DNA of 63,999 nucleotides, filler included, from Gonapodya sp. JEL0774 (lineage: Eukaryota): the NCBI GenBank assembly GCA_027604505.1. It is 5 parts of 5 records of this genome, joined end to end, with 100 filler letters (N's around TTAATTAATTAA, not from the genome) between each part and the next. Parts side by side here need not be neighbours in the genome. Positions count along the whole stretch, not along the records: positions 27,557 to 41,213 come from JADIIX010000322.1; positions 41,314 to 54,953 come from JADIIX010000323.1; 3 more parts are not named here. One strand, written 5' to 3'. The translations under genes were made by a program, and so were the position numbers. Positions 35,981 through 48,770 of this stretch are shown piece after piece (within the stretch, counting starts at the first letter, position 1; each line of letters starts with the position of its first letter). The notes under the pieces were generated by a model. The model saw only the letters and a program-made list of their open reading frames with translations, had not been told where the DNA came from and ran no database searches.

Positions 35981-36683
35981 CTACCTCGAAATGAAGCAAT
36001 CTGCCGCTTCGGCGGGAATTATTATTTCATCATCAAAGAGAAGCAAAAATCCGGGAGGTGGTTTAGCTTTGTCACTGGTCGCGAACACTCTGCGGCACCT
36101 GTTCATGGTTCGGGACTTGGCAGACCAGAATACACCAAGAGGGACTTTATAAAATGAAGGCAGATAAATTGATAATGCTTGATATGCTTGATGAATGTTT
36201 TTTTGATGCAGATTCAGTGATGAGATCCTCACAACCTCCCGACTATTCACATGCTTTTAAAGTACTTCGATCGGACAAGTTGTACCGCTGAAAACAGAGA
36301 GCTCAGTGAATGAAACGAAGCTACGCCAATTGAGGTGCTACGTACCTTCAATAAAGAAGGCTTGGGTCAAGAATGCCCCATTCGCAAGCTCACGTGCCCG
36401 CATGCATAACGCTTTCAAGTGCGGTCTTCCGAAATCCTTGCACAACTCTGCAATGCCGACGAAGTCTATTCCTTCTTCCAATTCATAATGTCGGGAATAC
36501 TTTCGGAGAGTGCTCATGATGGATTCCGATTGTGTCTGCCCGAACCCAGTCTGGTAACAACATGGAATGTTCAATTACTTTGAGAAGAATGAACACGGCA
36601 CTTAATTCACGGATACTCACTATCTGGCATGTGCCATTCGTAGTCAGATGTTCCAACGTTTTCTTCTCCTCCTCGATCACCAC
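35981..36683 (-). pseudogene. Fragmented virus-like MSV199/antirepressor-type gene
   Basis: TLRKYSRHYELEEGIDFV...LKALCMRA resembles the domain at 15539-16246. Multiple stops and frameshifts. Confidence 0.35.
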
Positions 36684-36763
36684 TTCTGCTATCTGTGTCG
36701 ACGCTCGGATGAGCTCAGAAGCTTATGAACGAAAATCTCATCATCCTATGAAGCAAGACATCT

Positions 36764-39190
36764 TCAAGCGGCTTGTCTCTCACCATCTGTGAATTGTCTC
36801 GGCGGTAGTTCTCCATCCCCGAGATGGTACTCATTCATTTCCACTATTTCTCCTTCCTCAAGGAAGGACCAGTCAGGTTTGGCCAGTTCTCCATCCTCCA
36901 GGTAACACTCCCTCAAGTCAGTCGTTTTGACGCCATCCATGTCAGGACACCGAGTTTGAATTACCGCCGCTATGCTTTCATTGGGTGGATCACGGCTCAT
37001 TTGAGCGATAGCGCCTTCTTTTGCAGGGTCGTGGCTGATTGTGCTTGGACGTGCAGGCTTCCAACCGCTTTGAGGTAGTTTTGGGAGATTCGATCCCGGA
37101 ACGGTCCATCCCAGCGCCCAAGTATGTCCTTTTCTTGCAAAATCTTGGCGAACCACATCCATCAAGATCATTATCGCTTGAAGAGAAAGTACGGCATCAT
37201 TGCCGGCATTGTGTGCGGTCTCGCCAGTGAGCCCTAGGGAGGGCAAAATTGCCTTGCAGTAGGAATGTCAGAATTGTTCCTTGCATCCTGCTCTCAAAAG
37301 AAGGTAAAGCAGAACAAAGCTTACTTTATCAAGCGACACTTTCCGCAAGCCTGTTCCACCCCGCAACTGGAACTGAGTCCGTTGGAGGTCAATCCACCTG
37401 CGGAATGAGTAATGAGGGTGTTCGCGCCTGTTTAAAACTGCGAAAAGATTTCAAAGCCAATTCATAGCATTATTTCCTCTCACCATTCGCCAGATCCTTC
37501 GCTGTCTGGGGAACAGAGTTGCCCCGTCCCACGCAGCAACCTTCCCAAATCCACTGCACACTCGAGATTTCGGGTCAAAGAGATCACATCGTCTTCAAAG
37601 CTATGCGCAGCTACGATTATTCTCTTCAATGTTGCACCCGGCTTGGGAGATATCAAAAGGCCTTGCACTGTGCCTCGGTCAGGCTCTTGCATGTCGCGAA
37701 CTGATCCACACACCTCAAGACCGGCAGCACCAAAGCACTCGGTCAAAAAATGTTGAAATCCCTGACAAAATGGGAGAACTAGTGATCTGTTTGCTGCGAA
37801 GGATTGGAAAGTGGCCTGAGGAATTTTGGCTTTCTGATCATGAGATGACGGGTGTCCCGTGCACGGCAAGGTGTGTGCAAATCCTCCATAGCTGAATTGA
37901 GTCGCGGTCCTTTTGGTTTTTCTTTCAAACAAAAGTTCCTCGACAACATGGTGCATCGTCCTATAATCACCACTCGAGGTGTCGAGCCATACACCTCCAA
38001 CCTCGGTGACCCTAACATTAGGATCGGTCAAGTGTTCCAAGTCCATTCCAACCACGATCGCATCTCCTAGCGGCTCTTTCAACCCATATCTTGCGAGCAC
38101 CCCTGTTGGGACGCGACCAGTTATTGCTGAAAGCTTGTCTACCAACGATATCTGAGCTGTTGGCGATAAAGTGTCGAAATTTTGCGGCGTGAAAGGTGTA
38201 GTGGGGATTGTGTTCCTCTGTTGGCATTTAACCATGACGATGTTGTTCGTTCCGCTCAAAAAATGAGTGTCAGGTTCAATTAACGCCGCTGCGTCCCGAA
38301 CCTCACTGGAGCTTGCGTTGTGGCTGATGTCAAAGCGGTGCAAGGAGCAGGAAATAGGGTTCTCATTGAGGCATTTCTCTAGGATAGTGGCGCTGAACGA
38401 TTCACAAGTTCGCTCCAGCGAGTTGCATTTGTGATTGTGAATTTCAAATATTCCAGATAATAAACCAATGGAGTTACTCGAATCTCTTGTGAAGATGCTT
38501 TCCAGACTTCGAGGATTGAGTTTGGAGATGTTGCTATACCGAACTCCATTAAATTTGATAGCAGGAAGCAATACCCTGATGGAGCCTATAGCTTTGTGCA
38601 AATGCTGAGAGATCAATGCCACAAATTGATTTTGGTTCAGCAGATACTCTAGCCATACTGAAGGAGGAAACACAAAGATGAGAGTAGCACCTTCAAAATT
38701 TTGAGAAACAAATCATACCTTCAATACAGTGTCGAAAGCAAGTAGCACCATAACCATCTAATATAAGATGCTCGCCTACCCTAGAGCTTTTGGTGGCTGT
38801 GAATAGGTGTCCAGCGCATGCCTTTTCGTCTCTACAAGTATCAGGTGCATCTGTGGTATCTACTTCCCGACGCTTTGCTGCGGGCAATACCTCAGTATGG
38901 ATAAAGAACTCCTTTAAAATCAGTCGCATTATACCGAGAGCCGCCGGCTTTGTTCCAAAAGCACTCTTGAGACCGTGAAGGAGGGAACATTCAACGTTTC
39001 GAGGAAACGAAAGAGAAACAATCCATCGTACGACTGTTACAAGAATGGATGGGATGGAAAAGTAGCGTTGGCTGGTCGGGCAGGACGTGACGGGGGTGTC
39101 GTTGGCCGATGACTGAATTGCAGATTGAGCCAATCCTGTGACAGCGGTTGATCCGTGGCGCCCAGAACCCGCTCGTTTCCTCTTCCCCAT
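36764..39190 (-). CDS. DEDDh 3'-5' exonuclease (Gfd2/YDR514C/QIP-like), spliced
   Basis: ExoI VVGMDLEH...VTEVG, ExoII VAAHSFEDD, ExoIII AHNAGNDAVLSLQA. The 5' boundary is uncertain. Confidence 0.75.
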
Positions 39191-40236
39191 AATCAAGCGC
39201 GGGCGATGTTGACTCAGCCAATGGTTCAGATGGGCGGTAAGATTTGTCGGATGGTTTGTGCTCACACAAGAATGTGTCACCAGATGCGCAGCCCGCTGTT
39301 TGAGTGTGACCTCCTTTTCCTTCCAGCGACAAAATGGAACTGCAACGACAAAGCGACCGCGTCAGACCCAGGCACAACAACTCCGAGCAGAATCCACTAA
39401 TTTGATATCCTTTTTAGCTATTTCCCTCCCTTCCCCCCCTTTGTCCCTCAGGTTCGCAGACAGGAGTATTTGATATATGGCAATGCCGGCCTGACTGGTC
39501 GTGGTCGACACAGTACCCTGATGGCGATCCAATAAGAGTGAGGCAGTTGAAGCGGGAGCGCTCCGTGCCCAATGGCGGACCTCGCGCCAAGGTCAAGACC
39601 ATGGCTTTGTCGCCGGTCCCGGAAACGAGACCAAGGGGAATCAACACGACAGTGGGCGCCCGATGGGCATTGCACAAGCGCCGCGACTTCATTTGACGCG
39701 TGAGTCGCTCTTCAAAAGCTCGCTGGAATCGTCTAAAGCGGGACTCACCAGTTCATAACTCGAAATGGCGCAATCCTCCGCAACTCAAACCTCACCTGGT
39801 CAACTCGAAATTATTCCCTTCACGCTGTACCATCATCAAGGGGCAGCTGTAATGGAGAGGAGCGAGGTCACCGGGGATTCCGGCGTGGGTGGGGGATGCC
39901 CACCACGTGGAGCACACTTGCCACCCACCTCTACGTGGTGTGCTCTAGAAACGTCCAGCCCAGTGGGGGCAGGCGGCCAAGAGGTGGCATTCCGACTACC
40001 ATTTTGACTTTGATCAAGTGGTGGTGGCGGGAGAGAATCAGCGGAATAGCGAAGGTCACATTTTGCCATCTCTACATTGCAGTCTCGATAAAATTCTGTG
40101 TTCTTTGGGCATCCAACTGACGAATCGTACTTTGAACAGCGGAAACGAAGATGTATCCTCCTACATGCAGTCCCATGGTTATGAACCGGTCGAAGAAACA
40201 AATATCGAATTACGTGTTGTACGCGCAGCCCCTCTC

Positions 40237-41088
40237 TCATATTGGAATTCGTTTGATTATCATCCTTCTACGACCTGAATTCCATCGTTCTACGATTATC
40301 TGAAGCGCCTTCCCGTGCTCCCGCTTGTACTCGTTCCCAGCAGACATACAGAGCACCGGCTTTAGTCGCTCACCATCGACAGTCTCCCCAGTGTCCATCC
40401 TAACGTATCCATGTTCCCCCGTGGCTTCCCATATCACTGAGCTGCGTTCCAAGTCCGTTGTTTCCTCACTCGAGCCGGACACCACCTCCACAAACTTGCC
40501 ACGGCTCACGCGCACGGTCTCGTGGATATGCCCACACACGGCGAAATCGATCAAACAGGCGCAATATGACTCTTCGAGGAAACCTCGCACTGCCACGGAT
40601 CCGACGTGACCCGTCGCAATGCGGTCGAGACACGTGTCGTAAGGAGGGGAATGGAGCAACGCCATGGATGTTATGGGGGTGGGGGTGGCAGAGATTGAAT
40701 TGTGATGTTCATTTGTTGGTTGGAAGACTGCAGTGGAGGAGGTTGCAACGGATCCCATATCAGGGACATGTGAGGGGCACGGGTCAGAGTTTTCAAAGTT
40801 TGCTGGCATTCCCTTGCGCTGCTTCAACAGCTGGACGCCACGATTTACAGACGCCTCAAGAGAGCTCTCGAGATTCAAAGGAATGCCACCGTTCACTATT
40901 CCCAGAGATGCGGCGTCTGAGATACGTCCACGCGGATCAAACTGTCGGCAAACGTGAGCCGCGTCAGTTGGCATCGTTGCCAGAACAAAGTCATGAACGC
41001 CACAGGTACGTTGCGTTTCCGAGAGGTCAGGGAAGCATACTGAGCACTGGAGGTCTCCCACGAGATCCACGCGCTCCCTGTCACACAA
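40237..41088 (-). CDS. Hypothetical protein with SWIM-like CxC-x6-CxH motif (partial)
   Basis: 283-aa ORF containing YCACLIDFAVCGHIH. Confidence 0.35.
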   Translation of the reverse strand: MCDRERVDLVGDLQCSVCFPDLSETQRTCGVHDFVLATMPTDAAHVCRQFDPRGRISDAASLGIVNGGIPLNLESSLEASVNRGVQLLKQRKGMPANFENSDPCPSHVPDMGSVATSSTAVFQPTNEHHNSISATPTPITSMALLHSPPYDTCLDRIATGHVGSVAVRGFLEESYCACLIDFAVCGHIHETVRVSRGKFVEVVSGSSEETTDLERSSVIWEATGEHGYVRMDTGETVDGERLKPVLCMSAGNEYKREHGKALQIIVERWNSGRRRMIIKRIPI

Positions 41089-41213
41089 TCAGACAGGGTC
41101 GGAGTCTATCGGGCACTGTGCCTCCAACAATCCACGCACCTATCCTTCAAACCATGAGGAGAAGCGACTACCTCTGGCATCCCAAACACTCGAATCCATT
41201 CCGTGACCTCTGT

Positions 41214-41313
41214 NNNNNNNNNNNNNNNNNNNNNNNNNNNNNNNNNNNNNNNNNNNNTTAATTAATTAANNNNNNNNNNNNNNNNNNNNNNNNNNNNNNN
41301 NNNNNNNNNNNNN
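41214..41313. other. Artificial scaffold spacer
   Basis: N run, TTAATTAATTAA, N run. Confidence 0.97.
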
Positions 41314-42336
41314 ACCCGACCCCACCCTCCTCGCCACCGTCCTCCAACTCCGCGAAGATCTCGACGACGCAGAGACGCAGGAAGATGTGGACCGGGTGGC
41401 GGGACGGAACGAAGGTGGGTACGGGGGCACCGGTGTACGGGGGTACGCGAGATTGCACGACGGTGGACGAGCGGGCGGGCGGGCAGGCGCTGGTGGCAGG
41501 GGCGGTGTGTCGGCGCCGGTAAAAAGGTGCCGGTCCGGAGGGGGGTCGGGCCAACACCATGACTCGACGACGACGCCGACTCCGCTCGCACGGCACGGCT
41601 CTGTCGCGTCTCCATCTCTCCCTCTTTTCCTCCTTTCTTAATCCCTCCTTCCCTTTCCCCCAATCCCCACCTTGCCTCCCCCTCCCCCTCCCCGCCCCCC
41701 CCGCCAGCCGCCATCCCCCCCCTCCTGGCGCACATCTCGTCCGCGTTCCGGACCAACGGGGACCCCGGGCGGATCAGACGGTTGGTGGAGGAACTGCAGT
41801 ACCGCGTGACGGTGGCCGAGGCGTGTAAGGAGTGGAGTGGAAGGGGGGTAGGGGGATAGGTGTAGGAGGGTAGAGAAGTGGAGGGGTAGAGCGGATAGAG
41901 CGGGCATTGGTGGAAAGGGGAGCGTGTGGAGGGTTGTGAGATGAACCCTCTCGCTCTCAATGAAACACCACCTATTTTCAATGGGGGAGCACCGTCCGCA
42001 CCCGGCGCCCGCACGGTGTTTTGTGCATTAAAAGACTCAACGTATCAAAGTTGCGTGTTGCTGGTCGTGCATGCCGGAGTGAGCTCCATTGCCCCTTTCA
42101 GAGATGAGCTGAAGAGCTGAAACCCCGACGATACCACTTCTCGGTTTGCGAAAGATAAGAAGATGATGGTTAAATACTGCAGGTACAATTCTACCATGTA
42201 GAAGACTAGGCTATTCGAGAGTTCCTGCGTTAGTGTCGTGTGCGCCGTGAAAACCGCCCAGTTCCACGGTGAGACCGGATTCCAACACTGTTTCATGTCC
42301 CTCAACCGGCACCGTCAAGCGCACAAAGTTTCGCGA

Positions 42337-42597
42337 TTAGTAAAGACCGACACACATTTTGCATTCCCAAGCACTGTCCCGGCACAGGGCTCCAGTTGGC
42401 AACCCACCAGGCTTGAGGCAAGTGTTGCAAGGAATCGTGTCCACCACGTCACAGCAGTTTGCGCAGTTGACGGTCAATTTTTGACGGCGCTCCAGGGGAA
42501 CCGCCTGCGATATCATGGTGGTGGACAGGACCGCGAGAAGGACGACACAAAGGAGGATGGAACGCCAGCGTGTCGGACGAGTCGTACGAGGAGTCAT
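42337..42597 (-). CDS. Small secreted cysteine-rich peptide
   Basis: Signal peptide (ILLCVVLLAVLSTTMISQA), Kex2-like site VPLERR, and a mature 48-aa peptide with 8 Cys. Confidence 0.7.
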   Translation of the reverse strand: MTPRTTRPTRWRSILLCVVLLAVLSTTMISQAVPLERRQKLTVNCANCCDVVDTIPCNTCLKPGGLPTGALCRDSAWECKMCVGLY

Positions 42598-43499
42598 TAG
42601 AGATTTTCAAACCAGGGGGGCAGAGAACACACGGCTTTTTTTCGGATGCTGTATTGCAGAGCTCTGTAGGATGGCGGATTGAGGCCATTGTGAAAAGGCA
42701 AGGAGGGGGGGGGGCACAACAGAGCCCGGTTCATCGCAAACGCGAACCTGCGACAAAGGTTTTCCACAAAATGTGCAGCAGTGAGGGCAGGCAAGCGATG
42801 GAGGAAACTGGAAGCGGGATATCAAATCAGACGCTTTCTGGGGGGTGGCTTGTTCTGGGCGGCCTATTTGTGGGGGCAAAAACTTGTATGGGTATGGCCC
42901 AATACGGTTATAACAATCCTCTCCCTGGATGCGCCCGTCCGGCTGGCTTCGGGGACTCACCACAGGTATACATCACACCGAACTTTGCTCTGTTTGAACT
43001 CCGAGAGAGGTTCCGCACTCTCTCTCGGACCGCTGTCATTGGAACTTCCGGACTCTTCTGACGAATTCCCTTGGGACAATTCGCTGGACGCACGGAGGAC
43101 AACGGTGCAGCATATCTCTAAGTTGCTGATAGATTGCTAGTGACTGGTTCATCCTCTACTAATATATGTCTTTAATCATCCGTGCTCAAGTAGTGATGAA
43201 GTTTTGCCGACACCCTGACAACAACAACATATTTGACGCCACTCTACGAGACCCGCCTTCCTCCTCCGCGCCTGGGGACGGCACAAAAGACGATTCCCAA
43301 CTAGATCTTACTTCTAACGTCCCAATCTCGCGGACCCGGTGTGTTCACGTACACCTTTGGTCACTCCAGGGCGCCAAAGCCAAAAGCTACCCCCTTCTCC
43401 ACCCTCCCGCTCCGTTCCGCACGGCTGTCACGATTACACTGCGTATACATTCGCGCGTACTTTACACCATGTGCCACCGCCACTCCACCTTAGGTTCTT

Positions 43500-43970
43500 T
43501 CCTCCCCCCTACGTCCCCTCGGCTAGGTCTTCCCCTCCCTACTCCCTCCACTGCTCTCGTCATGGAGGTGGGTCCTATCACACAACGGGTATCAAAGGTA
43601 AGCGAGGGCGGGGATCTGACTAAGACCCGAATCACAATCGATATTCGATACACTACACCACCGTAATACACCCCTCCTCTCCCATCGAAACCCGAGCACT
43701 ACAAGCAACGCCCCCCTCTCACTCCAGCCCAACTTACCCCCTCCCCTCCCCGCCCCCCGCTTTCCACTCCCTATCCATCGCCACACCAGTCATCATCGCC
43801 CTCGCAGAACGCACGGCGAGATCTCCAGGTGCGGTGTGTTCCTTGCCCGCACCAAATGTTGAGCGGAGTGTGGCAAGGTCGAGGGGGGCGGGGTCAGCGA
43901 GGGTAGGGGGGGTTGGCTGTGGTATTGGATGAGGGGGACAATAAAGCGGTGGGGTGTGGGCCGGGCAATG
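43500..43970 (+). repeat. Dispersed repeat of about 470 bp, copy 1
   Basis: Aligns in direct orientation with about 48310-48770 (shared GTGGGTCCTATCACACAAC and GCACGGCGAGATCTCCAGGTGCG). Confidence 0.85.
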
Positions 43971-45326
43971 AACACCACGGTATGGAAACATCCAAGACTC
44001 GTCCGCAGCCATGGCTATGTGATTGCCACTGCAGAGTGCAGCCTAGCACGGCCCATACAATACACAACACACACACAACCTCCCTCGTCCGTGACAAAAA
44101 CACCCACCACGAACCTCCCCACGTTCGGAAACTCTCCCGCGTCCACGTCAGCCTTCTTTCCTGCCTTTCTTTCTCCTCTCTGGCCTCCTTGGTACCCTCT
44201 CCCGACATCGACCCGCTGGCCCCGGTCCCTGCCGTCGTGGGGTACTTGGCCGCGAACGCATCCGTCTCTGGTACACGAGGCGCACTCGCTACATACTGGG
44301 TGTCGGGGAGGATGGGCTAGAATGGGCGGTGGGTTGCGGAAACGGGGCAGGTGGGATGCGAGTGAGAGCGGACGTGAGATGACGGGGCATGCATGATGGG
44401 CTTGGATGACGGATGGGCTTCACCGTAATGGGGATATGAGAAGGATCGGTCATTGACTTTCTTGCCTTTATCGTGGTCAATTTTATTTGGATGGAAACGG
44501 GAACGTGGTGGATCGGGAATGTGAGGGAAGTGATGTCATCGATAGCGCTACGCTGTGGTCTTGTTTCACAAGCCCAAACAAGGTAGAGGGAACAAAAGTT
44601 ACTGTTTCTAGAACCACCAACTCCATCACCAGTCTCAAAATGCCGATCCAAGTCGGAACGTTATTTTTCTTTAGTTGGTCACATTGTGTGTCCGTAAAGT
44701 CTGTACGTGGGAATGGAAGCAGCAAAGGACCACGGAACAGGACAAATGTGGTGACGGCCAAAGCGTGCTTGTAGTTCTTCTGCAACAGCACTGCCAACGG
44801 ATTCGACATGTTTTGTGGAGGGTATGGTGATGGGCTGTTCTCGTTATTTGAGACCTTTCCCCCGGTCACAGGACACATTTGATCAACAAGAAAGCACAAC
44901 AGTGCCGGCTCCTTACATAATCGGCTCGGGCCTTTGGAGGGTTTGTTTGTGTACTCTTAAAAAATTTTTGGGGGGATCTTTTAGTTTGGGTGGGGAGGTG
45001 GGCACGATTATGGGCAATCCACACAGGGGGATTGCCACTTCGGGCTTCGGCCTTGTTCTGTATTACTACATCGTAATAATCTTCAGGGCTTGAGTCCGTA
45101 TTTCTACTCTTCTTCTTCAGTAGAATCGCTGCATTTTCAATTCGAGTATGCACCTGCACGACGTCACAATATGACTTCCGAAACCTGCTTCGATCAATTG
45201 GATTCATACTAGGAGTGGCAATTGACTCATTGATTCTTAGCATTTGGAAAGTGTATGATCGGCAAGGGTGATCGGAAGTCAGATTTATTTGGCGAAGGCC
45301 GGTTGAGATATCCAGATTGTGGAATC

Positions 45327-47693
45327 ATGTACAAACGTCAATCCACCGCTGCTGCCACAAAGCGCTCTTCCAAGCTTGCCTCGGGAATAAAACGAAAAGT
45401 TCGGGCAGCCGCGGGTGCGGTTGTTTCGGCTCTCCTCTTTCTTGTCCCATGTCGTCCGGTGCGATCGCAGTCCGGAGACGAAGAAGAGGAACAATCAGGA
45501 ATTGTACACAGTCTCCACTCGACTCTGACGACAGGAACCTTGAACCCTTCGGACGCTGTGACGTCAAATTCGAGTTTCGGAAATGCCCCAGTCACATCGG
45601 ACGTCACTGGTCAATCGAACTATGGCAGTAAGTGTCACGACTTGCAATTGTCTTTTTGATGCTGCATGTCTGCTTGATGCTGCGTGCCTCCTTCATTCCC
45701 ACAGCTGGTACTGCCGCGAGACCTTCGGCTCTTCAAATTGTTGACATAGAGTGTGAACTGCGCGGACCCCTCAAAATTTCTACCGACGCAACAGACGAAT
45801 TCAATTTGTCTCAAAAGACACCCACTGATATCTGTAGTGGCACCGTTATAAACCAAACAGGAGCTGGGGAACAAACTATCTGCCGAAGCTCAGTTGAGAT
45901 AAACGATTTGTGTACGTGCACGCACTGTCGACTTCGGAGGATCCTACTTGTAATGTTAATGAGTCGAATTAGCTTTACTTCCTGGCACCATATCTTTCGA
46001 GTCTGGTGTCAATGCGTCTCACATTCATGTTCCTCAACCCCCACTCTCGAACGAAGCAAACTCAATCATCAACATCAAAGAATCAGTTATTCGTACAGAA
46101 ACTCTGCAGTTGGACGGGGATCAAAACGGCTCACATTCCTCAACGGTCCAGGATGACACCAGCGCACCTGTTGCAGGATCACCGCGAGTCGTAACAGAAC
46201 CACCTTTACCCACGAAAAGAGCCACTTCACTGTGCGCCAATGAAATTTCGCATTCAAAGAAACATACGGTGCTCACAGAAACTGCAACCGATCCTTTCGA
46301 AGCTTGCAAACAGTTGGAAACAGCCCCCGGCGAACTGCGAAACACGGAATGTGATACCTCCACCGCAACCATTCAGAGCTCCGTGCCCACAATCAACTGG
46401 TGCAAGTCAAAACTCAGTGATTTTGAAATTGTAAAACGGCTGGGTGTGGGAATGTCAGGTGAGCATCTCCAGCGGAACTCTTCCACAGTGACGTAGACGT
46501 CAATCAAACACACCCATTCAAATTTTAAAAGGCACGGTCTACCAAGTTTGTCACAAACAAACATGCACACTCCTTGCTTTAAAAGTTCTCTCGCATGACG
46601 CCAACCAAGATGCGAGCGTACTCGCTGAATGGGAGTACACGGTCTCCGAACGTTGCCGGGATAACAGCCATTCAGATCAGGTGATTCATATTCTCGGATG
46701 GTTTTCTGATTTAGATGCAGCGTGAGTCTGCGTTGAAAAGGAAGATCACCATGTGCGACTTAGATTCTCTCCCCGATAAGATTTGTGATCATGCCTCTTG
46801 CGAGGATGGATCTCAGAACAAAATTCACAAAATCAATGAAAGCAGGGACATTCTCTGCCTCTAGTGTTGAGGAAACGCGATTGATGTTCACGCAAATTTT
46901 GAAAGGTGTCACGGCGTTGCATGACTCGTCACTTGCGCATCGTGACATAAAAGCACAGAATATATTCATAATCGATGAAGATCTGCCAGGAGTGTGGATA
47001 GGAGACTTCGGTAAGTTTGTTTCTCACATGGTGGAATAATTGGTTTTTTCTCGAGTCACTCCTCCATCAGGTATATCGACCGAAGTTGAGGTGAATAAAA
47101 AAGGAGTGGTTCTGCGATCGAATGAGTTTTGCGGAACTGCGCTGTATCAGTCGCCTGAGCTCAAGGTGAATTCCCAGCAGGGAAGGAGGCTCCAAACGTT
47201 CTTTCATCGACATTTACAATTCTAGAAACGGTGCTTGTACGACCCATATCTCAACGACATGTACGCCCTCGGCGTACTTCTCTGGTTCATGCTCCATCAT
47301 GGCAAATACCCGCCTGTGGATTTGAAAGGCCGGGTTCACCATCCTGTTATGAATACTTTGAAGGATTTCGACATACAACTCGCGGATTTACTCTCACGAT
47401 TAATATGTCCTGAAGAAATCCGATTGACCGTGAGAGTCCTGTAAAGTGTCGATGTATTGTCAATTCTCCGTGGTTGAATAATCTTTCAACATCAGGCAAA
47501 AGAGGCTCTGAGTCACCCTTGGCTCAATGCGTCCACACATGCAAACGAACCCGAGCAGTTGAAACACGTAAATACGGTCGCGAATGAGGAGAGGGACGAA
47601 AACCAAATGAGTGCTTCCGAACCGGTAGCTACTGGATTCCGATACAACTTCGCTGCGAATCAAACGAAAAAAAAGAAGCGCTCAATAGTGTGA
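45327..47693 (+). CDS. Ser/Thr protein kinase, multi-exon
   Basis: G-loop LGVGMSG, HRDIKAQN, DFG, FCGTALYQSPE, DMYALG and ALSHPWL. Confidence 0.85.
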
Positions 47694-48309
47694 ACATTCG
47701 TTATTTGAGAAATCAACTTAGTATTTTACCGGGGAGAACTGAAATAATTGAAAATCAATTTTGAAGATCGTCGAACCCCACGGGTTCCTGTCTCACGGTA
47801 CTTGGTACTCGGTACTTGGCATCCATTGCTCGGTACCACCCAGTGATGCTCCGCAGTACATTGTGTTCATCCCGCACGTGGGGACGGCCAAAAAGACAAT
47901 TCTCAACAATGAAATCTTACTCCTCCGGGCGCAATCTCACAATTTCGCAGTCTCGCGGACTCGGGCCAGACACGTACACGTCTGATCACTCCCGCCAAAC
48001 GGTACCCACTTCTCGACCTCTCGGTCCGTTCCGCACAAGGCGATCAGGTACAGTCATCACATTACACTGCGCATAATCCACGCTACTTGTGCCACCACAC
48101 GTTCTTCCATTCCCCGTACGCCCCCTCCGCCAGCAACTCCCCAGGCCCCCCCCCCCCCCCCCCCCGCCCCCCAGCCCCCCAGGGGCAGCAAAACCCGGGC
48201 GGGGGAGTANNNNNNNNNNATTTGCCCCCACACGTTTGTGCATTCCCCCTCCGCCCCCCCCGCCCTCAAAACCCCCCCCCCCCCCCCCCCCCCATCCCAC
48301 AACCCCGCC

Positions 48310-48770
48310 GCAGTCCGGTTCCTACTCCCTACCCCTACTCCCTACTCCCTCCCCTGGTCCCGTCATGGACGTGGGTCCTATCACACAACTGGTATCAACG
48401 GTATGCGAGGGCAGGGATCACAGCAAGACACGATCAAAATCGATGCACCACTCCAATCTAATCCACCCCTCCTCTCCCATCAAAAACCGAGTGCTGCAAG
48501 CAACATCCCCCTCTCATCCCAACCCACCTCACTCCCTCCCTGCCCCCTCCCCCCGTGCTTTCCACTCCCTATCCACCGTCACACCGCTCATCATAGCCCT
48601 CGCAGAATGCACGGCGAGATCTCCAGGTGCGTTGTGTTCCTTGCCCGGGCCAACCGTTGAGCGGAGTGTGGCAGGGTCGAGGGGGGCAGGATCGGTGGGG
48701 GTAGGGGGGGTGTGCTGTGGGAGTGGATGGGGGGGGACGATCAAGCGGTAGGGTGTGGGCAGGGATGTGG
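48310..48770 (+). repeat. Dispersed repeat of about 470 bp, copy 2
   Basis: Diverged direct copy of 43500-43970. Confidence 0.85.
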
